From assembly GCA_965206595.1 (NCBI GenBank), contig OZ242214.1, positions 3,552,001-3,616,000 on the forward strand: DNA of 64,000 nt, written 5' to 3'. The position numbers and the translations under genes are program-made. Below, one piece after another: positions 9,605 to 20,100 of this stretch; the first letter of the stretch is position 1, and each line of letters opens with the position of its first letter. A model generated the notes under the pieces. It was not told the DNA's origin. It saw only the letters and a list, made by a program, of their open reading frames with translations, and made no database searches. Origin of the DNA: Candidatus Latescibacterota bacterium. GTDB taxonomy: Bacteria > Latescibacterota > UBA2968 > UBA8231.

Positions 9605-9715
9605 GCCCCCCGTCGCGACAGGTCGCCCAAGTGACAGCTCGATTCGCGCCTTCCGGGGTGATGCGAGTTTGAAACCGATATTCCTGCCGCGCACCGTATC
9701 GACAAGGAGGCCGAC

Positions 9716-11251
9716 ATCAACGACTACGACGCCATAATCCTCGGCGGCGGCCACAACGGCCTGGCGGCGGCCGGGTACCTCGCCGGCGCCGGACTCAGCG
9801 TCCTGCTGCTCGAGCGCCGCCACCTGCTCGGCGGGGCCTGCGTCACCGAGGAGCTGTTCCCGGGATACCGGTTCTCCGCCTGCTCCTACATCTGCTACCT
9901 GCTGCAGGACCGGGTGATCGACGACCTCGAGCTCCGCGCCCACGGTTTCGACGTCTACCCCGCGGACCCCTCCCGTTTCTCCCCCTTCCCCGACGGCAGC
10001 CGCGTGCTGATCTGGGAGGATCTCGAGCGCACCCGGGAGGAGGTCGCCCGCGTTTCCCGGCGCGACGCCGACCGCTTCGGGGAGTGGCTGGCCTTCTGGT
10101 GCCGGGCCGCATCCATCATCCACCCGTACTACCTCGGGGAGCCGCCGACCCTCGACGGCATCCGCGCCGGGCTGCGGAGTGAGGACCGCACCTTCTTCGA
10201 GCGCCTGCTGACGGTCAGCATGGGGGAGCTGCTGTGCGAGTTCTTCGAGTCGGAGCAGATGCGCGGGACCTACAGCCAGGCCCAGGACGTCGGCGACCTC
10301 GACGCCCCCGGGGGGGCCTGGTGCTACGCCCACATCAGGACCTCGGCCCTCAACCGGCCCGAGAACGTCGGCCTCGTGCACGGCGGCATGGGGGGAATAA
10401 CCCGGGCGATGGCGCGCTCCGCCCGCGGCCGGGGAGCGACCCTGAAGACCGGCGCCGAGGTCGACCGCATCCTCATCTCAGGAGGCCGCGCCTGCGGGGT
10501 GGCCCTGCGGGACGGCGGCGAGTTCCGCAGCCGCGTCGTCCTCTCCAACGCCGACCCCAAACGCACCTTTCTCAAGCTCGTTCCCCGCGGTCATATCGAC
10601 GCCGGCTTCCTCGACCGCGTCGCCCGCCTCAAGACCGGTGCAGCCTACCTCAAGTTCCACGCCGCGCTCAGCGGCCTCCCCGACTTTTCCGCGCACCTCG
10701 GCGACGGCTTCGATCCCCGCTGCCTCGCCGAGATCAAGATCTGCCCGTCGATGGACTACTACCGGAGCAGCTGGAACGACGCCTGCCGGGGGCGGCCGTC
10801 GCGGACCCCGGTGATGGAGGTGCAGATCCCGTCGGTCTACGACGCGTCTATGGCGCCGCCGGGAAATCACGTGATGTCCGTTTGGGTCAGCTACGCCCCG
10901 GTGACCCTTGCCGAGGGCACCTGGGACGAGCGGCGGCAGGAGGTCGGCGAGCAGCTGATCGACGCCCTGTGCCGGTACGCCCCAAACCTGCGCGACATCC
11001 TCGTCGACTGGTCGCTGTTCACCCCGGTCGATATCGAGCACCGCGTCGGCCTGACCGACGGCAACATCCGCCACCTCGACATCGTGCCGGGGCAGTTCTT
11101 CTCCGAGCGCCCGCTGGCCGGCTGGGCGAACTACCGCACCCCGCTTCCGGGGCTCTACCTGTGCGGGGCCGGGACCCATCCGGGGGGAGAGGTCACCGGA
11201 GCCCCGGGGCACAACGCGGCAGCGGCGGTTCTGCGCGATCTGGATGGGTAA
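9716..11251 (+). CDS. Phytoene dehydrogenase-like NAD(P)/FAD-dependent oxidoreductase; apparent ATC start
   Basis: In-frame N-terminal Rossmann motif YDAIILGGGHNGL starts just after 9716. C-terminal YLCGAGTHPGGEVTGAPGHNAA. AAGGAGG at 9704-9710 precedes ATC 9716. Confidence 0.85.
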   Translation: MNDYDAIILGGGHNGLAAAGYLAGAGLSVLLLERRHLLGGACVTEELFPGYRFSACSYICYLLQDRVIDDLELRAHGFDVYPADPSRFSPFPDGSRVLIWEDLERTREEVARVSRRDADRFGEWLAFWCRAASIIHPYYLGEPPTLDGIRAGLRSEDRTFFERLLTVSMGELLCEFFESEQMRGTYSQAQDVGDLDAPGGAWCYAHIRTSALNRPENVGLVHGGMGGITRAMARSARGRGATLKTGAEVDRILISGGRACGVALRDGGEFRSRVVLSNADPKRTFLKLVPRGHIDAGFLDRVARLKTGAAYLKFHAALSGLPDFSAHLGDGFDPRCLAEIKICPSMDYYRSSWNDACRGRPSRTPVMEVQIPSVYDASMAPPGNHVMSVWVSYAPVTLAEGTWDERRQEVGEQLIDALCRYAPNLRDILVDWSLFTPVDIEHRVGLTDGNIRHLDIVPGQFFSERPLAGWANYRTPLPGLYLCGAGTHPGGEVTGAPGHNAAAAVLRDLDG

Positions 11252-11357
11252 GAATGGGTGGGATTTCCGATTCGCCCCGGCGCACTTCTGCCGGGATCAA
11301 CGGTGGGCATCCATCACCGCCCCTTGGCCACCCAACCGCAGCACGGTCGGTTCACGC

Positions 11358-11666
11358 TTAACTCCCGGTCCCTGGCCCTTCCGCAGTTGCCCACTCCCGT
11401 CGCGCTTGCGCCAGTTCGTAGCTCGCCTGCATCCGCATCCAGTGGTCGGCCGTCCCCCAACCGATGTCCTCCAACGCCAGCGCCATATTCGCGGACACTC
11501 CCGCCTGGCCATTCAGCAGGCGCGACAGGGTGCCGCGCTCGCAGCCCAGGCGTGCCGCCGTCTCGGTGACGTTCCAGCCGACTTCCTCCATGCTTTCGCG
11601 GATCAGTTCTCCCAGATGTGGCGGGTTCAGCATGGGACCCACACGTTTACCTTCGTCGTTGTTCAT
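11358..11666 (-). CDS. higA: HigA family antitoxin
   Basis: MLNPPHLGELIRE...VTETAARLG...LSRLLNGQAGVSANMALAL...WMRMQASYEL is the canonical HigA/VapI pattern. Confidence 0.9.
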   Translation of the reverse strand: MNNDEGKRVGPMLNPPHLGELIRESMEEVGWNVTETAARLGCERGTLSRLLNGQAGVSANMALALEDIGWGTADHWMRMQASYELAQARREWATAEGPGTGS

Positions 11667-11686
11667 TCGCGGAGGCTCCCTTGCGA

Positions 11687-11913
11687 TCAGTGATAGTCGA
11701 TCAGGTCCACGTCCACGGCCTCGCGGTCTTCGAAACGGAACACCATGCGCCAGGTTCCCGGATACGCGAACGCTCCACTGTCCCGCCCGATCCCCCCTCA
11801 GCGGATGCAGCCGGAACAGGATGCGCCGAAGCCGTGGCACGAGGTTCCCAGGCAGCCCGGCCTTGTCGTTCAGCTCATGCAACGCCTTCAAGCCCTTGTG
11901 CCTGATTTTTCAT
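11687..11913 (-). pseudogene. higB: HigB (RelE/ParE family) toxin pseudogene
   Basis: Reconstructs to MKIRHKGLKALHE...RLRRILFRL/HPLRGDRAGQWSVRVSGNWRMVFRFEDREAVDVDLIDYH*. This needs removal of an extra A after the ATG and an extra C after GN. The usual segment between ILxRL and HPL is missing. Confidence 0.85.
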
Positions 11914-11921
11914 GGGAAGGA

Positions 11922-11962
11922 TGAAGCGCGATGCGCTACACGCCTCCGCGATACTTCGTCAA
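11922..11962 (-). promoter_or_regulatory. higBA promoter with overlapping palindromic operator
   Basis: Imperfect palindrome TGAAGCGC-GAT-GCGCTACA (11922-11940) and a TTGACG -35-like hexamer on the minus strand (11957-11962). Confidence 0.5.
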
Positions 11963-12268
11963 TACGACGCAAGGGCCAACCCGACGTCGATGAGGGAGCA
12001 TTAGGCGATTGTTACGGATTCCGCCTTCCCCTGAGAAAGTTCACTTCCGGCCAGACCAGGAAATCCTTGCAGACACTTACGTAACCTGATGATAATTATG
12101 GACATAAAGAGAAAACTATGTCTGGGGTTACGAAGCCTGTGGACCGTAGGATGTGACGCTGGGTACGGTGTTTTCCTCTGGGATTTCAAGGGTGTAGCAA
12201 TCTCCCAAGATGCCCAACCCGACTGGAACCCACGCGCTGGTGCCGAACGCGTTGCCGCTATTGTTGTC

Positions 12269-12296
12269 GCACTTGACCCACTGCACTTGACCCACT
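12269..12296. repeat. 14-bp tandem duplication
   Basis: GCACTTGACCCACT occurs twice in direct succession. Confidence 0.8.
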
Positions 12297-12341
12297 AATG
12301 AGTAAGAGTCTTTATAGATATTTCCCGAGACAGGCCAAGTA

Positions 12342-13046
12342 GAGCCTGCCCGAGGTGTTCGCCCGCAAGAACTCTTCCCGTGCCAGCGACTATGGAAGCG
12401 GAGGTGAAGGCGCTGCACGCCAAGATCGGCCAGCTGACTGTCGAGAACGATTTTTGTCTCGCGGCTTCGGCCGTTGAGCCGCGACCGAAGGGTAACGATG
12501 ATCGATCCGTATCATCCCCGCCTCCCTGTCGTGCGCCAGTGCACCTTGGTCGTCATCAGCCGCTTCTCCTACTATTACGCGGGTCGAGGGGAAAGCTCCT
12601 TCAACCTGCAGCTGATGGGCTGCATCGACGAACAGTTTCTGTCCACGCCGTGGTATGGGTCGCGTCAGATGGCCCGTCACCTGCGGCGGCAGGGCCATGG
12701 AGTCGGTCGCAAGCGGGTGCGCCGCTTGATGCGACAGATGGGACTGACGACGGTCAGCCGCAACCCGTCGACCTCGGCGCCGGATGGATCCCATCGGATC
12801 TATCCGTATCGGCTCGGCCCTCTGACGATCGAGCGGCCGAACCAGGTGGGGTGCGCGGACGTGACCTATATCCCGATGCAACGAGGTTTCCATTTATCTG
12901 GTAGCGATCATGGACTGGGCGACGCGCACGGTGCTGTCGTGGCGGCTGTCGAACACCCTGGACAGTGCCTTCTGCCGGGAGGCCTGCAGGAGGCGCTGGC
13001 CCGCTTAACTCTGCTGTCCGGCTGTCCAAAGAATGGGGTCCACCTC
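12342..13046 (+). mobile_element. Degenerate, internally deleted IS3-family element
   Basis: OrfA tail EVKALHAKIGQLTVENDF. OrfB N-terminus has PWYGSRQMARHLRR...RKRVRRLMRQMG, IERPNQV..ADVTYIP and a frameshifted DWATRTVLSWRLSNTLD. It then jumps to a terminal-repeat-like end (CTGTCCAAAGAATGGGGTCCACCTC); the rest of the DDE core is absent. Confidence 0.85.
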
Positions 13047-13095
13047 TCGTTGTCATGGAACGCGAGATCAGATAAGATTCTAACTTGATCAGAGG

Positions 13096-14373
13096 TTGCG
13101 AAAAATAATGCAAGACTGGAATTGGGATAAGAACGGTTGGATTTGTTTTAAGGATGGCCGCGAGCATCATGCGCTCGCTAATTTTTGCGCCGTTTGCGGC
13201 GGTGCTGTCGAGAGCAAACCTGTCGATTGCATGGCCGATATACCTTCCGGAGAGAGTAAAGACAGTGCTGTCGGTAATCTGCCGGTCATTATGGACAAAG
13301 TCGACGACCTCTTTAACGTATTCGGTCAGCCTTTATTAGTGAATAAATCCAGCGGAGAAATGAGTACCTACATAGAGAACGAGCCACGCGACCTGCCTCA
13401 ACTCAATGGGGTTTCCTTGCGTCAGGTGGATTTTGACCGCTGGTGGATTTACGCGCTCACGGAGGTGGGGACGCTGCAGGTGTTTCCGACCTCTTCGTTG
13501 TTGAACGACGATATGATGAAAGCTGCTTCATGGAAGCCGCTTGCCGTGGAATGTGAGCGCGTCGAGAAGATTGCCTTAGGCCGGAATCGGCTTTTCCTGC
13601 TGGACCAAGAGGCGTTGACTATTCATGTATATAAGGTAGATAAAGCAAGTTGCGATCGATACTGGAAGAGCGAAAACCGCATTTTCGACGAATTGCAAAG
13701 ACAAGAGCTAGACCAAAATTCGTTGCCTATCGAAGAAATGATCCCGATTCGGGGAAGCGAGACCTATCTGGGCTTAATAGAAGAGGAAAACAGGGTTGTT
13801 TTCTTGGATTTGGAACAGGGCAAGAAAATCTCGTATGAGGATGAGGATGCCCGCGGCGCTCCATTAGCCGCTTCGGCGGGCGTGATGCGCGGCGAGGATC
13901 CGTCAATATGGCTATTAACTCAAGAAGGGGGCTTGTGTGCCCTACAGTTAGTCGGCCAACAGGTGCTAAAAGAAATTCCGAGCCGAACCGAGGTAGAGGT
14001 ACAGGCCCTACAGACATTGCGGATCGAGTCCGGCTATTGCTATATGGCGATAGGGTCTAATTTTATGCTATTGTTCGATCCATTGAATCGGCAAGTTACG
14101 TCCAAATTGGAGTGTAGTCCCGGATATTCCATGAGGCACATTGATCAGACCAAAGGCTTGGGCGGCTTGGTCGCCAACTTCCAAAGAGGAGTGGGAGCTA
14201 ATACGGAATTTCGTCTTTCCCGTCTTGATGAACGAGGAGGGGAACCTTTCTTGCGCGGCTGGCCTTTAGGCGAAGATCCGGTTGTGCCGCCAGCGGGTTT
14301 CGGCAAATACGTGTACGTGATGACCCGCGATCATGAGTACCATCTGTATCGCTATGACCTATTGGCCGTTTGA
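13096..14373 (+). CDS. Hypothetical protein: N-terminal Zn-ribbon-like motif plus beta-rich (possible beta-propeller) body
   Basis: WICFKD...HALANFCAVCG followed by short beta-strand repeats (WIYALT..G.LQVF; LFLLD....IHVY; IWLLTQEGGLCAL; YVYVMT). First gene of the island operon; start could be ATG 13108. Confidence 0.65.
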   Translation: MRKIMQDWNWDKNGWICFKDGREHHALANFCAVCGGAVESKPVDCMADIPSGESKDSAVGNLPVIMDKVDDLFNVFGQPLLVNKSSGEMSTYIENEPRDLPQLNGVSLRQVDFDRWWIYALTEVGTLQVFPTSSLLNDDMMKAASWKPLAVECERVEKIALGRNRLFLLDQEALTIHVYKVDKASCDRYWKSENRIFDELQRQELDQNSLPIEEMIPIRGSETYLGLIEEENRVVFLDLEQGKKISYEDEDARGAPLAASAGVMRGEDPSIWLLTQEGGLCALQLVGQQVLKEIPSRTEVEVQALQTLRIESGYCYMAIGSNFMLLFDPLNRQVTSKLECSPGYSMRHIDQTKGLGGLVANFQRGVGANTEFRLSRLDERGGEPFLRGWPLGEDPVVPPAGFGKYVYVMTRDHEYHLYRYDLLAV

Positions 14374-15961
14374 AAGCCCGTCATTCTGGTACGCTGCTCT
14401 GCTGTGCTGCCTAGGGCTTGGCGGCCCTCGTGCCGCCACTGGGATGGATGTCAGCATATTGGTCGATGGCTCTGGTTCAATGGAGGGCTTCCAGCAGACA
14501 AGTGAGCTACAGAAATTGCTGACCTCGTTGGAAAAAGCCTGCCAAGACCAGCAACTGGAGGCGGGCACTTTATTTTTTGTATCCCAACACCCGGATTCGC
14601 TAGTGTGGATCGAGGAGACCCAAGACGCACGCTGGGGCAGCTATACTAATTTGTTCAGGGCTTTTGAAGAAGGGCTTGGATGGGCTCCGATTACTTTTTT
14701 CTTAACCGATAATGTGCAGGCGACCACCAACGACGAAGATGTTCGGGGGCTCTATGCGCGTTTTGCGGAGGATGTGGTACAAGTACTATATGCCGTGCCG
14801 CTGAGTCTGCCCTTTGACGGGCGGTTGTTCAATCACCCGGACAAGGCGTACCACCAAGGTCCGCGTGGGGTGGTCCTGTATGCCTATCTCACAGAAGAAG
14901 ATCAGCGCGTTAGATTCGGCAAACTCATCTCCCAACTCAAGGCTGGCGGCTTGGAACCGATGCTGATGAAGCCGCTAGACCACCGCATTGTTCTACATCG
15001 CAAACGCAGGGCATATTCGGACCAGCCGAGCACCATCGGCATGGACGAATCCGAGTTGGTCCATTTCTCCTTTACCTTAGAGTCGCAATTGAGCTACCTG
15101 AATATCGAGCCGATGGATGAGCATGGTAATCCGGTGCGGTTGAAGGTGAGCCAGCCTAGGATCGTTCCCATGCAGCCCGAAGATCGGCGGTACTGGAGTC
15201 GAGCTGGCGGAAGGGGACAAGTTACCCCACCCCGCCTCGAAGAGAAGCTGGAGCACAATACTCAGAACAAATACCGCTATTCGTGCCGGGTACGCCTAGG
15301 CCCGTTCCAGCCCAACGAGGTTGGCTTCTTCGACCAGCTTGACATGGCGCGTACCAGCCCGATTCCGATCCAATATATGTCCAGGGTTGTCTTGGAAATA
15401 CCGCCTGGCTCGTTTCGCATGACTCCGATTTATCAGGAGAAGTACTTTACCGACAACCCCCAAGAGGTCGAGCGTATCTATACGCCAGACGATCTGATAC
15501 ACTTCCTGCACCGAGACCGAGAGGGTTTGGAAGTGGTGCCCAAGGGAGGAGCCATAAGAGGCAGGTTGCAAGTCCGTTCCCCTCTCTATCTGTGGCGGGC
15601 TTGGGTCGTGGTGATCTTGCTAGCCATCGCTGTGGTAGCTACCGGGGGAAAGGTTTATTTTAGGAGGCTCGTTTATCTGCTTGCAGCCGTAGAGTACAAG
15701 TACTGGATGCGCCCCGGCGGTCAAAAGGAATTGGAGTACACAAACCAAAGCGGAAAGGATATCGTTTTGGGATATTTGCGGCGAGACGGCCTGTTCAAAT
15801 GCAAATACCGCTTACTGCCGGCCGAAGAGGGCGACGAAAGGGCCGGACTAAGAAATCGGATGGACGATCCAGTCGGTGAGGAGGGGGTGGCTTTTGAAAA
15901 GGATGAAAAATGGGTTTTCAAACACAAGGGCAATGAATTTGAACTGGAACGCCTCAAATAA
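14333..15961 (+). CDS. Membrane-anchored vWA (MIDAS) domain protein
   Basis: Signal-like N-terminus, DVSILVDGSGSM (DxSxS), downstream FFLTD, one C-proximal TM (WVVVILLAIAVVATGG) and a ~100-aa tail. Confidence 0.72.
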   Translation: MSTICIAMTYWPFESPSFWYAALLCCLGLGGPRAATGMDVSILVDGSGSMEGFQQTSELQKLLTSLEKACQDQQLEAGTLFFVSQHPDSLVWIEETQDARWGSYTNLFRAFEEGLGWAPITFFLTDNVQATTNDEDVRGLYARFAEDVVQVLYAVPLSLPFDGRLFNHPDKAYHQGPRGVVLYAYLTEEDQRVRFGKLISQLKAGGLEPMLMKPLDHRIVLHRKRRAYSDQPSTIGMDESELVHFSFTLESQLSYLNIEPMDEHGNPVRLKVSQPRIVPMQPEDRRYWSRAGGRGQVTPPRLEEKLEHNTQNKYRYSCRVRLGPFQPNEVGFFDQLDMARTSPIPIQYMSRVVLEIPPGSFRMTPIYQEKYFTDNPQEVERIYTPDDLIHFLHRDREGLEVVPKGGAIRGRLQVRSPLYLWRAWVVVILLAIAVVATGGKVYFRRLVYLLAAVEYKYWMRPGGQKELEYTNQSGKDIVLGYLRRDGLFKCKYRLLPAEEGDERAGLRNRMDDPVGEEGVAFEKDEKWVFKHKGNEFELERLK

Positions 15962-15976
15962 TACTAGGGAGTCAAG

Positions 15977-17026
15977 ATGAAACGGCACATCACCCTCGGA
16001 TTCATACTGGCTATCGGCTGGATGGGGTGTGGCGGGTCGGGACAAAGCGGCTCCACGTTTACTCAGCGGATTGCCAAGGAAGAGAAGGGAAGCGTAGTAT
16101 TCCTCAAGGTCTCTACCAATGAGGGAGAAGGGCTGGGGAGCGGAATCATCATCAAGTCAACGGGCCAAATTCTCACGGCACACCATGTAATCAAGGGCAT
16201 CAAACAAGGATGGGCCAAGCCGTTCAACGGGACTTGGATGCCGATTACGGGCGTTGTCGCTCAAGACGAACTCAAAGATCTGGCGGTGATAAACGTCGAT
16301 CCGGGCAACCAACATCTACAGCAGTCTAGGCTTGGATCGGGAGAGTATATAAGTTCGGGCGATCCCGTAGTGGCAATAGGCAACCCGTTGGGGCTAGAGC
16401 ACTCGGTCACCGAAGGGATTATCTCCGAGGTTCGCACTACCCCGGAGGGTCTCAGACTGATTCAGACGGATGCCGCCGTATCGCCGGGCAATAGCGGCGG
16501 GCCCTTATTCGATCAGAACGGGGAGGTAATTGGCGTGGTAAGTTTTAATCTAAGCTCTAGCCACGACGAGGGGCAGAATCTCAATTTTGCGGTCTCAATT
16601 GATGAAGCTAAACCACTGCTGGGTCTCCCCGCGGACCAATTTGAACCTGTTCGGGTAGGAGTCCCGCCACCGGAGACTAGATCGAAGGGCACCTTTCGCT
16701 ATGTGGAGGTTGGGCGCCTAGTCTGGATTTTTGTGTTTTCTGTAATCGTCTATCTCTTTTCGGCCTATCTACTCTTTAGCGGGCTCATCAAGAACCGAGA
16801 CAAGCACCCGGCCACGGCTTTTGGCATATCCGCCCTCGTATCGTGGGTGGGCTTTGCGGTGATCGCTTCCTTTGTGTTGAGCGGCCTTTTTGATTTTTCA
16901 ATGGGCTGGGTGTCAGGTTCGCAAATTGAATGGCGAGTCTTCATCGCTGGGCTGGTGTTCCTAATTTTCATCGTGGTGATAGTAAGACTTGTCTCCCGGC
17001 CATCGGTCGTCGAAAATTCAGAGTGA
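15977..17026 (+). CDS. Trypsin-like (S1C/DegP-type, no PDZ) serine protease with C-terminal TM helices
   Basis: Catalytic triad motifs LTAHHV, KDLAVI and GNSGGPL; IGNPLGLEHSVTEGIIS; lipobox-like WMGC; three hydrophobic segments at the C-terminus. Confidence 0.9.
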   Translation: MKRHITLGFILAIGWMGCGGSGQSGSTFTQRIAKEEKGSVVFLKVSTNEGEGLGSGIIIKSTGQILTAHHVIKGIKQGWAKPFNGTWMPITGVVAQDELKDLAVINVDPGNQHLQQSRLGSGEYISSGDPVVAIGNPLGLEHSVTEGIISEVRTTPEGLRLIQTDAAVSPGNSGGPLFDQNGEVIGVVSFNLSSSHDEGQNLNFAVSIDEAKPLLGLPADQFEPVRVGVPPPETRSKGTFRYVEVGRLVWIFVFSVIVYLFSAYLLFSGLIKNRDKHPATAFGISALVSWVGFAVIASFVLSGLFDFSMGWVSGSQIEWRVFIAGLVFLIFIVVIVRLVSRPSVVENSE

Positions 17027-17043
17027 GAGACTACCGCCGGAGA

Positions 17044-17067
17044 CTTCGACCTGAGCGCAGCCGAAGG
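17044..17067. repeat. REP-like palindromic element
   Basis: CTTCGACCTGAGCGCAGCCGAAGG: CTTCG/CGAAG stem with a CTGAGCG..CGAAG core, intergenic. Confidence 0.45.
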
Positions 17068-17117
17068 TTTTCAGGCCACATCTAATACCAGTTGGAGCAA
17101 AATTGAAGGAGAACACT

Positions 17118-20100
17118 ATGCCTAGGGTCGGTACTCTAACTCAAGCAAAAGAAGGAAGCCAAACAATCGATATCCGTCCCACGCTTTTGATCGGCTTGGG
17201 AGGTACGGGAAAGGAAGTACTGCGACGGCTGCGACGGATGTTCTACGAGAAGTACAGGGTAGCGGGTTTACCCATCATGGAGTACCTATGGTTTGATACT
17301 GATATCCGCAATCAGTCCCTGAGCGGAGAGGTGCCCGACGAGTTGGACAGGCGTATTGATCTTACCGCTCCACAGAAGATTGATGGACGGGTCCAGCCCG
17401 GGGAGCTGGATGGATACCGGCGCAACAAGAATGCCTATCCCCATATATGGGACTGGTTTCCCAGCGAACTGGACGCGCTGCCTGCCAATGCCATCATGCA
17501 AGGTGCTGGGCAGATCCGTTCCTTCGGACGATTGGCTTTCTTCCACCATTACACGAGAATTCACGACGCCATCGAAAGATTGGGGAGAAAAGTAACTGCC
17601 CAAGAGGCCTTCGCGGACATGGACCGCGATTACCCAGATTATACGGTAGATAAAAGTGCCTTCGATATCATTATTATATCGTCTCTCGGCGGTGGAACGG
17701 GGTCTGGCTGCTTTATCGATGTCGGATTTCTGTGTCGAGTTTTGTTCCCAACTTCTACGCGCACGGCTTTTCTTGCCATGCCCACGGTTTTCGACGATGT
17801 AGTGGGATCCGCCGGGACAGAAGCCGTCCATGCCAATGGCTTTGCCGCCCTCAAGGAACTCGAATACTTCATGCAGCCCCGGTTTATCGTCGACGAGGAT
17901 AAGGAGACAAGCGAATACTCTACCCACGAATTTAATTGGGATGGTAGCCCTCAGCCGGTGCCAGCACCGCCTTTTGATACGGTCTATATGCTCGACAACG
18001 AGAATGTGGATGGCGAACGCATCACCGAATTCACTGATACGTTCCAGATGATCGCCGAGTTTCTGCTGCTGGATTTCGACCGGACTAGATTTGCCGCTCA
18101 AAAGCGCAGCGTACGTTCCAATATGGAGCAGTACCTACAGGATGTGACAGGCTACCACAGCGGAAGCTATGTCCAGTATTTTCCATGCCGATATGCATCT
18201 TTCGGGCTCTCCCAGATTGAATTGAATCAGCCTCGTCTGGCCAATGCGGCAGCTAATCGCTGCGCTCAGTATCTGGTAGAACTTATCATGGCCAAGGACA
18301 ACAGAATCCCTCGGGGCTATGATGATGCCGATGTCAAACCCCGCTTAGAGGGGATGGGCCTAACTGAGAAACTCTTTTTGCAACGCTGCTTGGCCATGCC
18401 CGGAAAGGATTTCACCTTGATTGATGAGGTCGTCAACGAGTTGATCGAACCGGCTTTCAATGAGTTGCAGAACGAGTTGCACACGGCACCGGCGGTAGAG
18501 GATCAAAAGGTTTTGGATCACCTAGTGGAAAAAACGCGGCAGGATATGGGTAGATTAGTCCGCGAGGTGAAGGAACGAGTAGGGGAAAGACTGTTACAGC
18601 AAGGCACCAAAAAGGGCGATGGTGTGACGCAGATCCTGGAAAATATCAGCTTGGATCGTCCCAATCTCGAAAAGCGGGTAGAGGCTGAGTGTCTTGAATT
18701 ATTATGCGATCCCTTGAATTTCGGCCCCAAGTTTATGGTTGAGTGGCTGAAGATCGCCGTCCTCGAACTAGAGCGCATCAAAGAGGAATTGCAGGCTAGG
18801 GAGAATCAGGACATAGAAGCACTAGAGGCACCGTCGCTCGAAATCGAATTTTCCGAAGATTACGAGAAATACGAGGCTCGCCTAAAAGCGGCTAGGGATG
18901 AGATGCCCTTTGCCATCTTAACTAGACGAATCGCTATCAACCATTACAAAGGACGCAAAAAGCAATCCCTTAAGCAGAACGCCGAGCTTATCACCCGTAA
19001 TCTGGTGCAGCAGGTGAAAGCTGTCGAGAAGCAACTAAAGGAATGGGTCACCGCTCGCTATGAGCAGGAAGCGGCTAGGCGTCTGTTCAATCCCAATTCC
19101 GGGGGACAGGTGCAGGAAAAGGGCCTGCTTGAAAATATGATCGGCTTTGTCGGCCAACAGACCGAAGTCCGGGGTACAGATGGTGAACTCCAGGTGGAAT
19201 TCAGCGGTTTGCTGGCCAAGGTAGAGGAATTTCAAAAACATCTCCAAGATCTGGCTAGCCGATTCGAGGGGTTCCATAATTCTTATCGAAAGCGGATGCC
19301 CAGTGTACGCAACCTCAGTCTCATGCCCGAACTTAACTATGAGGAGGCAATAAAGAAAGAGCTCGAAAGAAGAGGACTGACAGGTGCCGGTTTCAAGGCA
19401 ATTTTGCAAAATATTTTGAGGAGATATTTCCGATCGGAAGAAGCCAAGCCGCTGTTTGCTGAGTACGCTAATCTCGAAGGGACAGAGATCGATGCCATAC
19501 GAGATTGTACCCGCATTATCTTCAATCGCTCGGCGAATAAGAACAATGCCCCTCGTGATTGGGAAGAGGTAGAGGATTCATTGAGTCGGTTCGCGTTTGA
19601 CCTATTTAAAGAGTTCTATGCCGACAGGAACGCTGTTCAAGAGTTGCAAAACCAGAAACATAACGAGAAAGAGGAGATGCAGAAACGAGCACGGCTAGCC
19701 AAACCGCGGATGTCCAAGTTGAAACCTGCCCCTCAGGGTATGTCGAACCACACTCGGAACACGATAGGACTTCCCCCAAATGAAAAAAGGTGGGAGGAGC
19801 TAATCGACCAAAACGTGGAAGGATACAAAGCGGAGTATCACGCCCCCGATTCGGTGATATTTGTCAGTCAATGGATGGCCTTTCCTCTGTTCGCTATCGA
19901 GAATTTGAGGAAACTGCACGGGGCATACAAAAACAACCTTAAAGTTCCGCAGAATGTATTCCGTCGGTACATGACCAAAGACTATATCAAATATCCGGAG
20001 ATACTACCGCCTAGGGACGACCAAGAAGCGCGAACGCTAGTGGATGCCCTACAGCCGCTCATTGATGGCATCTTACTCGAGGTAGTGACTTTTGACAGAC

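Noticed and set aside
12001-12340. Short ORFs on both strands in the low-GC left border
   Set aside because: No recognisable motif and a 14-bp duplication is present; probably gene debris.
14586-14845. HPD motifs (SQHPDS, FNHPDK) in the vWA protein as a cryptic J-domain for the island Hsp70
   Set aside because: There is no flanking J-domain helix pattern, and the region is predicted to be extracytoplasmic.
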